Shown one piece after another: positions 9,880 through 19,705 of a stretch of 64,000 bases of DNA. The stretch is taken from the IMG/VR virus record IMGVR_UViG_2974620188_000001, positions 48,317-112,316 of that record. One strand, 5' to 3'. Both the position numbers and the translations under genes were made by a program. A model generated the notes under the pieces. It was not told the DNA's origin. It worked only from the letters and a program-made list of their open reading frames with translations, and ran no database searches. The first letter of the stretch is position 1. The number at the start of each line of letters is the position of its first letter. The stretch is from a virus (Duplodnaviria > Heunggongvirae > Uroviricota > Caudoviricetes > Demerecviridae).

Positions 9880-12653
9880 CTAGCTCTGACATTGCTTCAT
9901 CATGCATATGTTTTTCCTCGTCAGTCATGAACTTATAAGGAATTGGCATACACTCGATTTTACAATAGGTTCTGTACCAGTCTACAATATTTTCAGTGTT
10001 CATATCCTTACCAATACCCATCATACCAAGATACATTCTAGCATATTTTGGGTTAGCACTCTGACCTGTTTTAAGGAAGAAGTCTTTCTTCTTACCTTTC
10101 AGAGCCTCTATGAATGGTTTAATGGTCACATTTGAACACTTCTTAATATCTTCCCAGAACATCTCGTGCATTTTATGGAAGAATGCCGCTCGATCATTCG
10201 GTTTATCCTTGATATATTGTTCAACATGCTCAACTGTTACATCTTTAATAGACTCAAGATGATAATAGCGAACAAGAAGTAGTTTAGCCTCATACGCATC
10301 CGCATGACGTGGGGCACAATAATCAGGAGTTGAGTGCAGAATAGCTTTGATTCGCTCTTCTGTGTATTCTTTACCAGCACCTTCAATAGTTCCCCAGCTT
10401 TCGCTGAAAATATCAATAGTTGCACCCTGATCAAGCAAGTAATAACGTAAAGTACTAGTATAGTTCCTAGATTCCAGCTCCCTGCGACGTGCGTATAATT
10501 GCTGTGCTAACTCCAGCCAACCTTCATCAATATTATATTGTTCAGAACCTGCGGAGAACCCACTAGTGGATTTATCAATAAAATAATAGATATTCTGAGC
10601 ACCACGGTCGCGCCTGATTGCTTGGAAACGCATGTTTGGCGCCTGGTTTGAGGTTCTAGTAATAACGAATACGTTATCAAAATAGTTGAAGTCAACACCA
10701 CTCGTTACGGATGGGCTACATAATAAGCAATCAATTTGTTGATCAATTAGCTCATTAGTTGTATAATCCAGAATACGTCGAATATCCACATCTGAGGTAG
10801 AGTTTGAATGGATTTCCTTAACTAACGCACCCGTATTACGACGCAGTGCCATACCCTTCTCATTCAGCTCATCAGGACCACAATCAGATACTAGAATAGA
10901 TTTCTCACCCATCTCTAGAGAAGTCTGAAGTGCAACCCAAATACTGGATTCATCAGGGAACTCATAAGCATGAGCTTTTGACAGCATCTTACGATGATGA
11001 TTATAAAATGCGACCGGTTTATCAAACTCAATCAAAGAACCATATGCTTCAATTGTTTCTGCACTAATATCACCATCAGATAATATAATTATTTTCGCAG
11101 TTGCAAGAATATCCCGAAGAACCTGAATACATTCGCGACGTTGCTTAACAACCGGGGCGAATAATAGGTCATTCATTACAGCGTCACATTCATCGATAAA
11201 GATTGCATCAATTTGACCAATAAAACTCTTGAACTTATGCAAAGAGTGAATAGTTGTGGACATACGGTCAATAGCACCACGCTTAAAATTAAGCATATCT
11301 ACAGATTTATCATATTGTCCTGCACTAAATTTCTTAGCATTTGAAGACACTAGTGCCCTAGTATTGGTAATTGCTAAGAAATTACCTTTAATAACTCCTG
11401 AATCCAGCCAACGAACAACAGCCGTTGTTTTACCTGTGCCTAGGCTTGCTTTTACAAAAGTCATATAGCCTTCTGGTGGTACAGTATTTAATTTCAAGAA
11501 GTTATCAGTCTCTAGAGAGTTAGTTTCTAGCTTTTTAAGTGGAATACCTTTTAAAACATACGGTATATCACGTTTAGAATTATTAACAAACGCTTTCAGA
11601 GCCTGCTTACGACCGTTGTTAAAGTAGTCTTGAATATTACGACTATTATCTTTAGTTGCAATATACTCTGATAAGGCTGGGCGGATTTCTTTTTCTAGCC
11701 ATGCAAAATCTACACCATCCTCTAAAGCCCTGTGATAGAGTTTAGGAATAATACGTAGATACACTCCATCCTCAGCTTCTTCTAACTCGCTGATGGTTTC
11801 TTCTACTTTATCAGAGGCAGCCTTTTTACCTTTAATTTGATCGAGTAAAGAGTAAAATTCCTCTTTAAACTCTCCTCTAGTTGTTTCATAGTCAACTAGA
11901 TTATTAGGTAAATTTACCTTCGAACCTTTAACAAATACCAGACGTGAAGCACCCTCCGCCTTAAACGGATCGACTATACCATCAGTAAATAAAGGATCTG
12001 CAAAGTAATGGAGCTGTACGGAAGAGTAATAAGCTAAGTCGGCAATATCAAAGCCATACTTTTGTCTACTACTTTCGTTGATAGATGTAAATAAGAACTT
12101 GATTTGACCCTGAGTTACTTTAACATTAGATTCTAGTATTAAGTGCATTCGGATACCCGGTTTTAGGCCAGCCGAAGACGATGCATGAGCGATAAACCCT
12201 GCATCAAGAGGAAACATATCCTCACTAATACTATTTAACATTCTAATAATATGTCGAGCCATGCCAACAAGATCAAACTTGTTACAACCACCTGTATCTA
12301 CAATACCATCCACGTCCATTGCAATTATATGACTTGGGTTAGATACATTAAAGTTGCCCTTCTTACGTCGCACATTATTTTTAGGTGCAAGACATCGACC
12401 TCGTACCGCAACGATATGAGGGTCAGACGTTAAACGTCTCATAAGAGGGAGCATTTCTACTAGGGTTTGAGGATCAACTTCATCAATTACATCAAACTTG
12501 AAGGGCATTGAAGCTGGTTTACCTTCAGGATGCTTTGAGGAAAATCTTTTAGCAAAAAGATAGTCTTCTGCTTTAACTTCTCGCCAATTGCCTGTGGCTA
12601 AATCGCGATGAAATCCTGCATGACCTTGTAGGATTGAAAACACAACAATACTC
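9854..12653 (-). CDS. large P-loop NTPase / helicase-like protein (T5 replication-origin-binding-protein-like)
   Basis: Walker A KASLGTGKTTAVVRW and Walker B FIDECDAV. The track ORF runs to 12841, but the first ~60 codons are low-complexity leader. A likely GTG start at 12653 has RBS AGGAG 7 nt upstream. Confidence 0.6.
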
Positions 12654-13142
12654 CTGTGTTGGAAATGAAATAAGTTTTCTTTAGGACTATTCAGAAAGAA
12701 TAGAACAACTGTTACTGTCAATTTCTCAACAATTAATCGCAAATACTGAAGGGGGGTGGCAACTTCCCCTTTCACGCTACACTGCCGCTTCACTATACCG
12801 CACAAATCCTTGAGGATGGCCGCTAAGCCAGATTTGCTCACCTAATGCTTCATGTACTAGCTCATACTAGATGTAGTATACCTTACGTCATCACTTCTCA
12901 GAGTTTTTCACTCTTCCCGTCTCACTTCACAACCACCTCACACTAGGTTGCTTCGAGGCCTTACCAGGGTTCCTACGGGATGTAGATCGCTAAGTATTCT
13001 ATTAACTATTTGTTTAAAAACTAACACGTAACAGTTAAAACAACCCTTAATGGGGCAGCCTAACTGTTCCGTATCGCGGATTGTAAACAAGAAAAATTAG
13101 CAAAATCAATTTTTACTAATGTCTCTCAATTCAATATAAATA

Positions 13143-13170
13143 TTATATCAAGATTTTGGGCATCCTGCAA
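13143..13170 (-). promoter_or_regulatory. promoter (minus strand) upstream of a ~480-nt leader to the 9854..12653 gene
   Basis: Reverse complement reads TTGCAG-16 nt-TATAAT. Confidence 0.5.
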
Positions 13171-13264
13171 GTAAAATTTTCCGGATGGTGCTATCATTGG
13201 TCTTGAGTACGGATAAAACCGAGCCAAAATGACTCGGTAATTAGAGTTCAGCTAATAAAAATCA

Positions 13265-13654
13265 TTAGTCATTTAATCCTGGAACATAGATCCCAACACG
13301 ATTTAATTGTTCTTTAGCTTCTGCGAGAATATCTGGAGTGTACTCCCAAATATCGTCTTTCACCTGTAAAAGATGGGGCGAACAACCGTCATCAGGCACA
13401 CGACATATGGCCAAACCACGTGGATGGAACAAAGAGAAGTTTAGGGCAACAATTAAACCCATAGCAGACAATTCATTCCAATCCAATTCCCATTCCCTGG
13501 CATACCCAGACAGGAAAACGCCAATGCATGGATCATCCGTTTGCTGCTCCGGAAAAGTGAAGGAGACTTGTCTTACCCCCAACCAACGTTGTAGCAGCTT
13601 CTCCGCACGTTTCACCAAACTAGGGTCAATCTGACGCCAATATACTTGTTCCAT
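13265..13654 (-). CDS. hypothetical protein (129 aa), tandem paralog 1
   Basis: Shares PCIG...W.EL..MGL..ALN..LF.P...G..PGL motifs with the adjacent 142-aa ORF. Confidence 0.55.
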   Translation of the reverse strand: MEQVYWRQIDPSLVKRAEKLLQRWLGVRQVSFTFPEQQTDDPCIGVFLSGYAREWELDWNELSAMGLIVALNFSLFHPRGLAICRVPDDGCSPHLLQVKDDIWEYTPDILAEAKEQLNRVGIYVPGLND

Positions 13655-13663
13655 TCTGCCTCC

Positions 13664-14092
13664 TTAAGCAGTTAAACCTGGGATCATATACCCGAAACGT
13701 CGAAGTTTCTGAATTCCCTCATTTACTTCTTCCGGTGAGTAAGACCAACCATAACGTTCATTAACCTGAAAACCAGGAGATTCACTAGTTTTATAGTTAA
13801 CAACGAGGCGATGCTTAGCAGGCATAAACAGCTTATAGTTTAACGCAAAAACTAAGCCCATTTCATCTAACTCTTTCCAGCCGACAATTTCTTCAAGACC
13901 CTCCTCTACCTGAACAATTAAACCAATACAGGGGGCCTCATCAATATCATCTTTAAAAGCAAAGGAGATTTCGTTATTCTCACACCATATTTTCAAGGAG
14001 TTAATAGCCTCATTATACAGGCTAGCCGGGAGAGTACGCCAAAAGTTAACCAAAATTGGGTTAGCTTCTTTAGCGAATACATTATTGAACAT
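13664..14092 (-). CDS. hypothetical protein (142 aa), tandem paralog 2
   Basis: Paralog of 13265..13654 with the same motif order, pointing to tandem duplication. Confidence 0.55.
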   Translation of the reverse strand: MFNNVFAKEANPILVNFWRTLPASLYNEAINSLKIWCENNEISFAFKDDIDEAPCIGLIVQVEEGLEEIVGWKELDEMGLVFALNYKLFMPAKHRLVVNYKTSESPGFQVNERYGWSYSPEEVNEGIQKLRRFGYMIPGLTA

Positions 14093-14094
14093 AT

Positions 14095-14601
14095 TTACAC
14101 CTTAAATTGTTGTAAGGATTTACACATTTCAAGATCTGGGCTAAATTCTAGCATATAGCTAACAGCTTTTAAATCCTGAAGATTTATTCCTGTTCTACCA
14201 TTGACTATAACCGTTGGATACTGATACATCATAGCACCGGCATCATCCAGCACACACCAATGTTTGAGCTTATGCTTTTCAACGAAGCGAAGAACAGAAT
14301 TACCCCTAGATAATCCACCCCCCGTAAAATCCGTTGTACCTAGAAAACGATCGATAAGACCTAATCCGGTCATAATGTGAACGTTCTCCACCTCATTCCT
14401 GACAGAGAACCATGAGGATACTCCAACAATCATTATCGGAGAAGGACGAATAAAGTCCTGAAAAGCCTTGAGAAGCGGTTTGAAAACCCAGTCACTTCCA
14501 AAGAAAATCTTTTCATCATCAGGTGCATGATGATGGGAGATGCTCGAATTGAGCACCCCATCAATGTCCAGAAAAATAATCGGAGTATTACTTATTTCCA
14601 C
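14095..14601 (-). CDS. HAD-superfamily phosphatase
   Basis: HAD motif I FLDIDGVLN at the N-terminus and a downstream (S/T) + K + DD pattern. GTG start with RBS AAGGGA. Confidence 0.6.
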   Translation of the reverse strand: MEISNTPIIFLDIDGVLNSSISHHHAPDDEKIFFGSDWVFKPLLKAFQDFIRPSPIMIVGVSSWFSVRNEVENVHIMTGLGLIDRFLGTTDFTGGGLSRGNSVLRFVEKHKLKHWCVLDDAGAMMYQYPTVIVNGRTGINLQDLKAVSYMLEFSPDLEMCKSLQQFKV

Positions 14602-14770
14602 TTTTGTCCCTTTCTAAGAACGTATCATACTCAACCGTATCAACATATAGGACACCATAGTCATCAGATTTATAGTCCATTTCCCACAGCTCACAGCGAT
14701 AGCACCAACTACCGTCCGCCCATACAAATATATCATCAGGGTGTGTATACACAGATTTAATTATGGACAT
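14588..14770 (-). CDS. small Cys-containing protein (60 aa)
   Basis: ATG overlaps the Sir2 stop (ATGTCCATAA), a translational-coupling arrangement. Motif WADGSWCYRCELW. Confidence 0.35.
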   Translation of the reverse strand: MSIIKSVYTHPDDIFVWADGSWCYRCELWEMDYKSDDYGVLYVDTVEYDTFLERDKSGNK

Positions 14771-15585
14771 ATTTGTTTCCCCGGCATATAAGGCCTACCC
14801 TCTAGATGAGCTTCTACATGAGCAATAAAATCAGGGTCACTGAAGGCATCTACAGCTCCTTTACTCCAGTAAGGGATACCGCGTTCTTCCAACTGGTACA
14901 TCTCACTACGAGTCATGCCTTGATAGCCCGGTTCCGCTGCTAGGGCACTATCATAGTAGTTAACAACCATTAGCTTGGAAGCAGTACGGTTAAGAATAGG
15001 AAATAATTCCCAGTAGAAGTTAATTACTTGGTTAGAGCAACCAACCACAATGATCATATCTTGACTGGTAATACCATCAAAAACATTGTACATTTCTGCA
15101 TACTCTGGAGCATGTTCCCCAAAGAAGATTACATTAGGTTTAACCCATTTATAATCATCTGGGTCAATAGAATTGTACCCTACATCAATAACTCGTTTAT
15201 TGCTACTATTGTAGCTGTCAGCTACAACAACCTCTTTTAAATATCCGTGAATGTGCAGAATGTCACTATGTGAAACGCCAGCACGCTCAATAAGGTCATC
15301 AACGTTGGTAGTCAAATTTACTACCTGACCAGGGTATTGTTTATACCACTCACCAATACGAAGATGCGCAAGATTGGGTTCAACAGTTTTTAGCTCTTCA
15401 CGTCGCTTGTTGTAAAACATATGGGTTTTATGATAAAAATTACCACGAAAGGCATGAATATTACATACTTCTTCTAGATCATAATCATCCCACAATGCTT
15501 TACCACTAGCAGTATCAGTACGAAAGGCTCGTACACCACTTTCAACGCTCAAACCCGCACCGCTAATAATAATTAATCTACGCAT
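14761..15585 (-). CDS. Sir2-family (sirtuin-like) NAD-dependent protein
   Basis: Sirtuin motifs IISGAGLSVESGVRAFR (GAGISxxSGIPxFR), TTNVDDL and HIHG. Confidence 0.65.
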   Translation of the reverse strand: MRRLIIISGAGLSVESGVRAFRTDTASGKALWDDYDLEEVCNIHAFRGNFYHKTHMFYNKRREELKTVEPNLAHLRIGEWYKQYPGQVVNLTTNVDDLIERAGVSHSDILHIHGYLKEVVVADSYNSSNKRVIDVGYNSIDPDDYKWVKPNVIFFGEHAPEYAEMYNVFDGITSQDMIIVVGCSNQVINFYWELFPILNRTASKLMVVNYYDSALAAEPGYQGMTRSEMYQLEERGIPYWSKGAVDAFSDPDFIAHVEAHLEGRPYMPGKQICP

Positions 15586-15799
15586 TTTTCACCTGTTCTC
15601 TGAAGTTTTGCCCAATACTGTCTAATAACTCAGCTAATTCTTTATTGCCTTTCTCCATTAAGGTATTAGCAATAACTTCTAGCATAGTAGCGCAGGATTC
15701 AACACCATTCTTATAGCCAGTTTCCCAGTGCTGCATTAATGCGTTTTCCAAAGCGGCGTTTAAACCCTTATCTGGTAGCATCGGCTTCGAGAATGCCAT
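15578..15799 (-). CDS. hypothetical protein (73 aa)
   Basis: ORF with 8-nt overlap onto the Sir2 start. Confidence 0.45.
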   Translation of the reverse strand: MAFSKPMLPDKGLNAALENALMQHWETGYKNGVESCATMLEVIANTLMEKGNKELAELLDSIGQNFREQVKNA

Positions 15800-15971
15800 A
15801 AAGTTTCTCCTCTAATTCCATAACACGATTTTCATAAGAGGCACGCAACTTTTCAATTGCCAGTGCACGCACTGTAACCTCATTAGAATTAATAGCTAAT
15901 TGGGCCAGATCTTCTGTTTCCATACGTCCGTTGTAAATTAAGCGATATTTAAGATGTTTTACGTTTTTCAT
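15768..15971 (-). CDS. hypothetical protein (67 aa)
   Basis: ORF in the operon downstream of nrdD. Confidence 0.4.
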   Translation of the reverse strand: MKNVKHLKYRLIYNGRMETEDLAQLAINSNEVTVRALAIEKLRASYENRVMELEEKLYGILEADATR

Positions 15972-15980
15972 TCTTGTTCC

Positions 15981-16262
15981 TTAGTTCTGTATTGTAAATT
16001 CATTCTTATCACAGTGAGCATAATAATACCCGTACATACGGTAAATTTTCACAGCCTTAGTAGACCCCTTCGATTCTTCATAATCGATCCAGAGCCACTT
16101 GTCTTTACCTACATAATGTACCCGAAACTTCTTAACTTTCTTATCATTCCATGTTGCAACAACACGACGATAATCAAATCCTCCCAACCAATCTAGAGCC
16201 TTACGTTCTTCGCTAGGCTCTCCAAGATGGGAGACATCTACTTTAGGAAGCAACTCGCTCAT
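15981..16262 (-). CDS. hypothetical protein (93 aa)
   Basis: ORF immediately after the minus-strand promoter at 16291-16319. No CxxxCxxC radical-SAM motif, so not NrdG. Confidence 0.5.
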   Translation of the reverse strand: MSELLPKVDVSHLGEPSEERKALDWLGGFDYRRVVATWNDKKVKKFRVHYVGKDKWLWIDYEESKGSTKAVKIYRMYGYYYAHCDKNEFTIQN

Positions 16263-16290
16263 AGCTTTCTCCTCTCAAATTTATAAATCT

Positions 16291-16319
16291 ATTATATATA
16301 AATTTTTGGCTGAAAGCAA
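16291..16319 (-). promoter_or_regulatory. T5-type promoter (minus strand) downstream of nrdD
   Basis: Reverse complement reads TTGCTT-17 nt-TATAAT with leader ATAAATTTGAGAGGAG. Confidence 0.6.
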
Positions 16320-16361
16320 ATAAAATAAAAGCCAGGTCGACTAGCAACCCGGCTGATTAGC

Positions 16362-18236
16362 TTATTTAGCTCGAATATCCTGATGTTTCACCCTGCCCAT
16401 AACCTCGTGCTGTTTGCCAGGGTTAAATGGACGAGCACCTGGATTTCCAAGATACCCACAAACTCGACGAGTTACTTCAAGAGTTTCGGGGTCATGATTA
16501 CCACAGATAGGGCACTTAAATCCATCTTCGGATGCTATTGTTTCACCTAAGAATCCACATTTACCACAAGAATCCACTGGAGTATTAATACCGAAGTAAT
16601 GAACTTTACTAGCAGCATAATTAATAACCCATTCCAGTGCATCTGGGAATCGTTTCATATCCGGTAGTTCTACATAGGAAATGCACCCACCAGAAGCAAT
16701 CGGAGTAAAGTTAGATTCATAATCAAATTTCACATTGGGAGCAACCTTACGTTCTACATCAAGGTGATGCGAGTTAGTGTAGTATCCTTTAGACAGAATA
16801 TCTTCATGCTCTGGGAAATATTCACGGTCTAAACGGCAAAACCTATCACATAGGGACTCTGATGGTGTAGCATACAGGCTATAACCTAACTTAGTCTCTT
16901 CCTTCTTCTGATCGACTCTATCTCGCATGTACTGCAATACACGCTGAACAAACTTGATGCAGGTCTCGGACATTGTGTCTACATCTTTGCCAAACATGAA
17001 CTGTAGCATTTCGTGGCAACCAATATACCCTAGAGATACAGAAGCACGGTTATAGAAATGATCGAATACATATTCATCAGGCCCCAAGCGTAACCCAAAG
17101 GCTCCTGACATATATAGGATGGGTGCAGCTTTAGCTTGGATGTATTTTAAGCGATCAACTCTCCACTCCAATGCTTTTAACGCTGTATCCACACGTAGCT
17201 CAAGCAAATCAAAGAATAAATCAATATTCCCTTCAGCTTCGATAGCAATTCTAGGCAAGTTTACAGAAACAACACCTAAGTTATTACGACCTGCAGTTTC
17301 ACCATCTTCTGTAGCAGCTAGGAATGAACGGCAGCCCATAGAAACTTTGTAGTCTCCAGTAACTTCTACAACTTTGTCATAGCTGATATAATCTGGATAC
17401 ATACGTTCAGCAGTACATTTCATAGCTAACTTCTTGATGTCATAATTAACATCTCCTGGTTTCATATTTACTCCATCACGAAGTACAAATACCAGTTTCG
17501 GGAAGATAGCTGTACGTTTATTGATACCTAAACCATCCATACGTACTTTCAGTATTGCTTTCTGTACTAGACGAGCTTCCCAAGAAGTTCCTAGACCAAA
17601 ACCAAAGGTAATAAATGGACTCTGACCATTAGAGTTGAACATCGTATTGATCTCATACTCTAGACCCTGACAAGCATCATAGACTTCTTTTTCAGTCATC
17701 TCCGTAGCCATTACGGATGCTTTGGCCTCATCCTTAGTCCAACGTTTTGCAAACGCATGATTTTTGTCATAGGATTTACGAACATAAGGGGCTAATACTT
17801 CATCAAGGCGATCTACAGAAGTACCACCATACTGATGGGAGCTAACCTGAGTGATAATCTGAGCAGTAATAGCCGCCGCAGTAGTGATAGAGTTTGGAGT
17901 GCTAATTTCAGCATTACCAACCTTCATACCATTCTTCAACATATCTTCCAGAGCTACCAGGCAACAGTTAGTCATGCCTAATGCAGCATAATCAGCATCA
18001 TGGAAATGAATATCCCCAATCATATGAGCATTTCGAATCTGAATTGGCATTTCTTCTAGAATTAGATACTTACTCAATTCACCTGCAAGCATATCCCTTT
18101 GTGTAGGGAAACGTTCTGAGGGTTTATTAGCATTATTAAACAGCAGCTCTTCATCTGCTGACCCTTCGATAATCTCTTTGCAGTTTCTAATTAACACCTG
18201 CATTTCTTTATATTTTAGTTCTTCATTACGATTCAT
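16362..18236 (-). CDS. nrdD: anaerobic ribonucleoside-triphosphate reductase NrdD (glycyl-radical enzyme)
   Basis: 624 aa with C-terminal glycyl-radical motif TRRVCGYLGNP and zinc ribbon CGKCGF...CPICG. Consensus sigma70 promoter upstream. Confidence 0.85.
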   Translation of the reverse strand: MNRNEELKYKEMQVLIRNCKEIIEGSADEELLFNNANKPSERFPTQRDMLAGELSKYLILEEMPIQIRNAHMIGDIHFHDADYAALGMTNCCLVALEDMLKNGMKVGNAEISTPNSITTAAAITAQIITQVSSHQYGGTSVDRLDEVLAPYVRKSYDKNHAFAKRWTKDEAKASVMATEMTEKEVYDACQGLEYEINTMFNSNGQSPFITFGFGLGTSWEARLVQKAILKVRMDGLGINKRTAIFPKLVFVLRDGVNMKPGDVNYDIKKLAMKCTAERMYPDYISYDKVVEVTGDYKVSMGCRSFLAATEDGETAGRNNLGVVSVNLPRIAIEAEGNIDLFFDLLELRVDTALKALEWRVDRLKYIQAKAAPILYMSGAFGLRLGPDEYVFDHFYNRASVSLGYIGCHEMLQFMFGKDVDTMSETCIKFVQRVLQYMRDRVDQKKEETKLGYSLYATPSESLCDRFCRLDREYFPEHEDILSKGYYTNSHHLDVERKVAPNVKFDYESNFTPIASGGCISYVELPDMKRFPDALEWVINYAASKVHYFGINTPVDSCGKCGFLGETIASEDGFKCPICGNHDPETLEVTRRVCGYLGNPGARPFNPGKQHEVMGRVKHQDIRAK

Positions 18237-18265
18237 TACACCCTCCTTCTCTAACTAAGACTACT

Positions 18266-18294
18266 ATTATAACTCATTCGAGGGCGGATGTCAA
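18266..18294 (-). promoter_or_regulatory. sigma70 consensus promoter for nrdD
   Basis: Minus-strand TTGACA-17 nt-TATAAT (plus coords: TGTCAA 18289-18294, ATTATA 18266-18271). Confidence 0.65.
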
Positions 18295-18486
18295 CAATAT
18301 TTTACTATAAAGTTCTGTAACATGATCTGAGTCAAAAAATTTTATTTGCCAATCTCTATTAAAAATTGTATAATCACGCACTCGTGCACGCGATATAAAA
18401 TGACTATCTAGTATCACACATCTCACGTTAAAAGCAAGCAAATTTTTTATTTAAATGCAATATCATAGGCTTATTTAAAATTGTGG

Positions 18487-18515
18487 TTGCTTTTTACTGT
18501 ATATATTGGTATAAT
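18487..18515 (+). promoter_or_regulatory. promoter for phoH-nrdAB operon
   Basis: TTGCTT-17 nt-TATAAT (18510-18515) in a divergent intergenic region. Confidence 0.5.
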
Positions 18516-18588
18516 ATATTTGTAAGTTGATAAACAAGATCTTTTTGTTGATCCTCTGTTAGCGAAGTACACTATAGGAGTGTTATTT

Positions 18589-19341
18589 ATGGGAAAAGCA
18601 CGTCAAAAAAGAGAGAACCGCAATGGTTCAAGAAAGCGTGGCAACAAATATGAGAATAACGTAATTCAGGCTGATTTTTCTAATGATTACGCTAACCCAG
18701 TTGCTAAATCCCTAGTAGGTAAAAACCGCGAGCAAAAATCATATATCAATATGATCAAGAACAACACAGTGACTGTGGGTATTGGTGAGCCAGGTACTGG
18801 TAAAACCTTTATTCCGTCCGTTCTTGCAGCTCAGGAACTCGTAGACATTCACTCAGATATTGAGCAAGTGATTCTCGTACGTCCTAATGAACCTCTAGGT
18901 AAGTCTCTTGGTATGCTTCCTGGTGATCTAGCGGAAAAGCTAGAGCCTTGGTTAGAGCCAATAGCTGATGGTATGAAATGGGCCATCGGCGATCATGCAT
19001 ATAAAGGATATGTCGAACGTCAGAAAATTAAATTTTTGGCTGTCGAACATGCTCGTGGCAGAACTTTCAACAACTCCTATGTAATTGTCGATGAAGCTCA
19101 GAATATTTCCGTTGAGGCAATGATTTGTCTCCTAACTCGTGTAGGACAAGACTGCCGTTTAATTATCTGCGGAGATATAGCTCAGAAAGACATTAAAGGT
19201 GACTCAGGTCTAGCACTCCTTATGGAAGTCTATGAGAAATACGAAAATGCCCCCTTCTCAATGATCGAATTGATTGATAACGTTCGTTCTGTTGAGTCTA
19301 AAGCATTCTATGACATTTTTAAAGACATGGGGAAGGTGTAA
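18589..19341 (+). CDS. phoH: PhoH-like ATPase
   Basis: Walker A GEPGTGKTF and Walker B IVDEAQN. ATG at 18589 with AGGAG 8 nt upstream (the track start at 18580 is GTG). Confidence 0.8.
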   Translation: MGKARQKRENRNGSRKRGNKYENNVIQADFSNDYANPVAKSLVGKNREQKSYINMIKNNTVTVGIGEPGTGKTFIPSVLAAQELVDIHSDIEQVILVRPNEPLGKSLGMLPGDLAEKLEPWLEPIADGMKWAIGDHAYKGYVERQKIKFLAVEHARGRTFNNSYVIVDEAQNISVEAMICLLTRVGQDCRLIICGDIAQKDIKGDSGLALLMEVYEKYENAPFSMIELIDNVRSVESKAFYDIFKDMGKV

Positions 19342-19342
19342 T

Positions 19343-19564
19343 ATGGGAAACGTCGTTCATCTGAGCCGTAAAACTAAAATACATCGTACTTCACTGAGTG
19401 CTGCTAATATGATTACACGTAAGGAAGGGGAAGAAAGTCCTAAGACAACCCTGGCGTGGAAAATTGTAACCTCAAATCCAAATAAACCATTCAATTATAA
19501 CGAGCTGAGCACCTCCATAGATATTCTATTAAAAGAAGTAGCTAGAGCTAAAGTAATTGAATAA
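19343..19564 (+). CDS. hypothetical protein (73 aa)
   Basis: ATG 2 nt after the phoH stop, with RBS GGGGAAGG. Confidence 0.4.
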   Translation: MGNVVHLSRKTKIHRTSLSAANMITRKEGEESPKTTLAWKIVTSNPNKPFNYNELSTSIDILLKEVARAKVIE

Positions 19565-19705
19565 GCTAAAAAGCTAGACTGGTAATATACAGGCCTGGGT
19601 ATGAAAATACTCGGGCCTTTTCTATCAGAAAATTTTATTTGCCTAATGACCGATAATAAAGTAGAATATTCCTTAAATCCTGATAACTATAAAAAGGAAA
19701 GCCAA

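Noticed and set aside
12654-12841. First ~60 codons of the 995-aa track ORF (start at 12841)
   Set aside because: N-terminal extension is low-complexity with no RBS. A GTG at 12653 with AGGAG 7 nt upstream is the more plausible start.
14761-15585. Sir2 protein as part of a Thoeris-like or DSR-like defence system
   Set aside because: No TIR, SLOG or Macro partner and no long N-terminal extension. The protein is sirtuin-sized (274 aa) and embedded in phage early genes.
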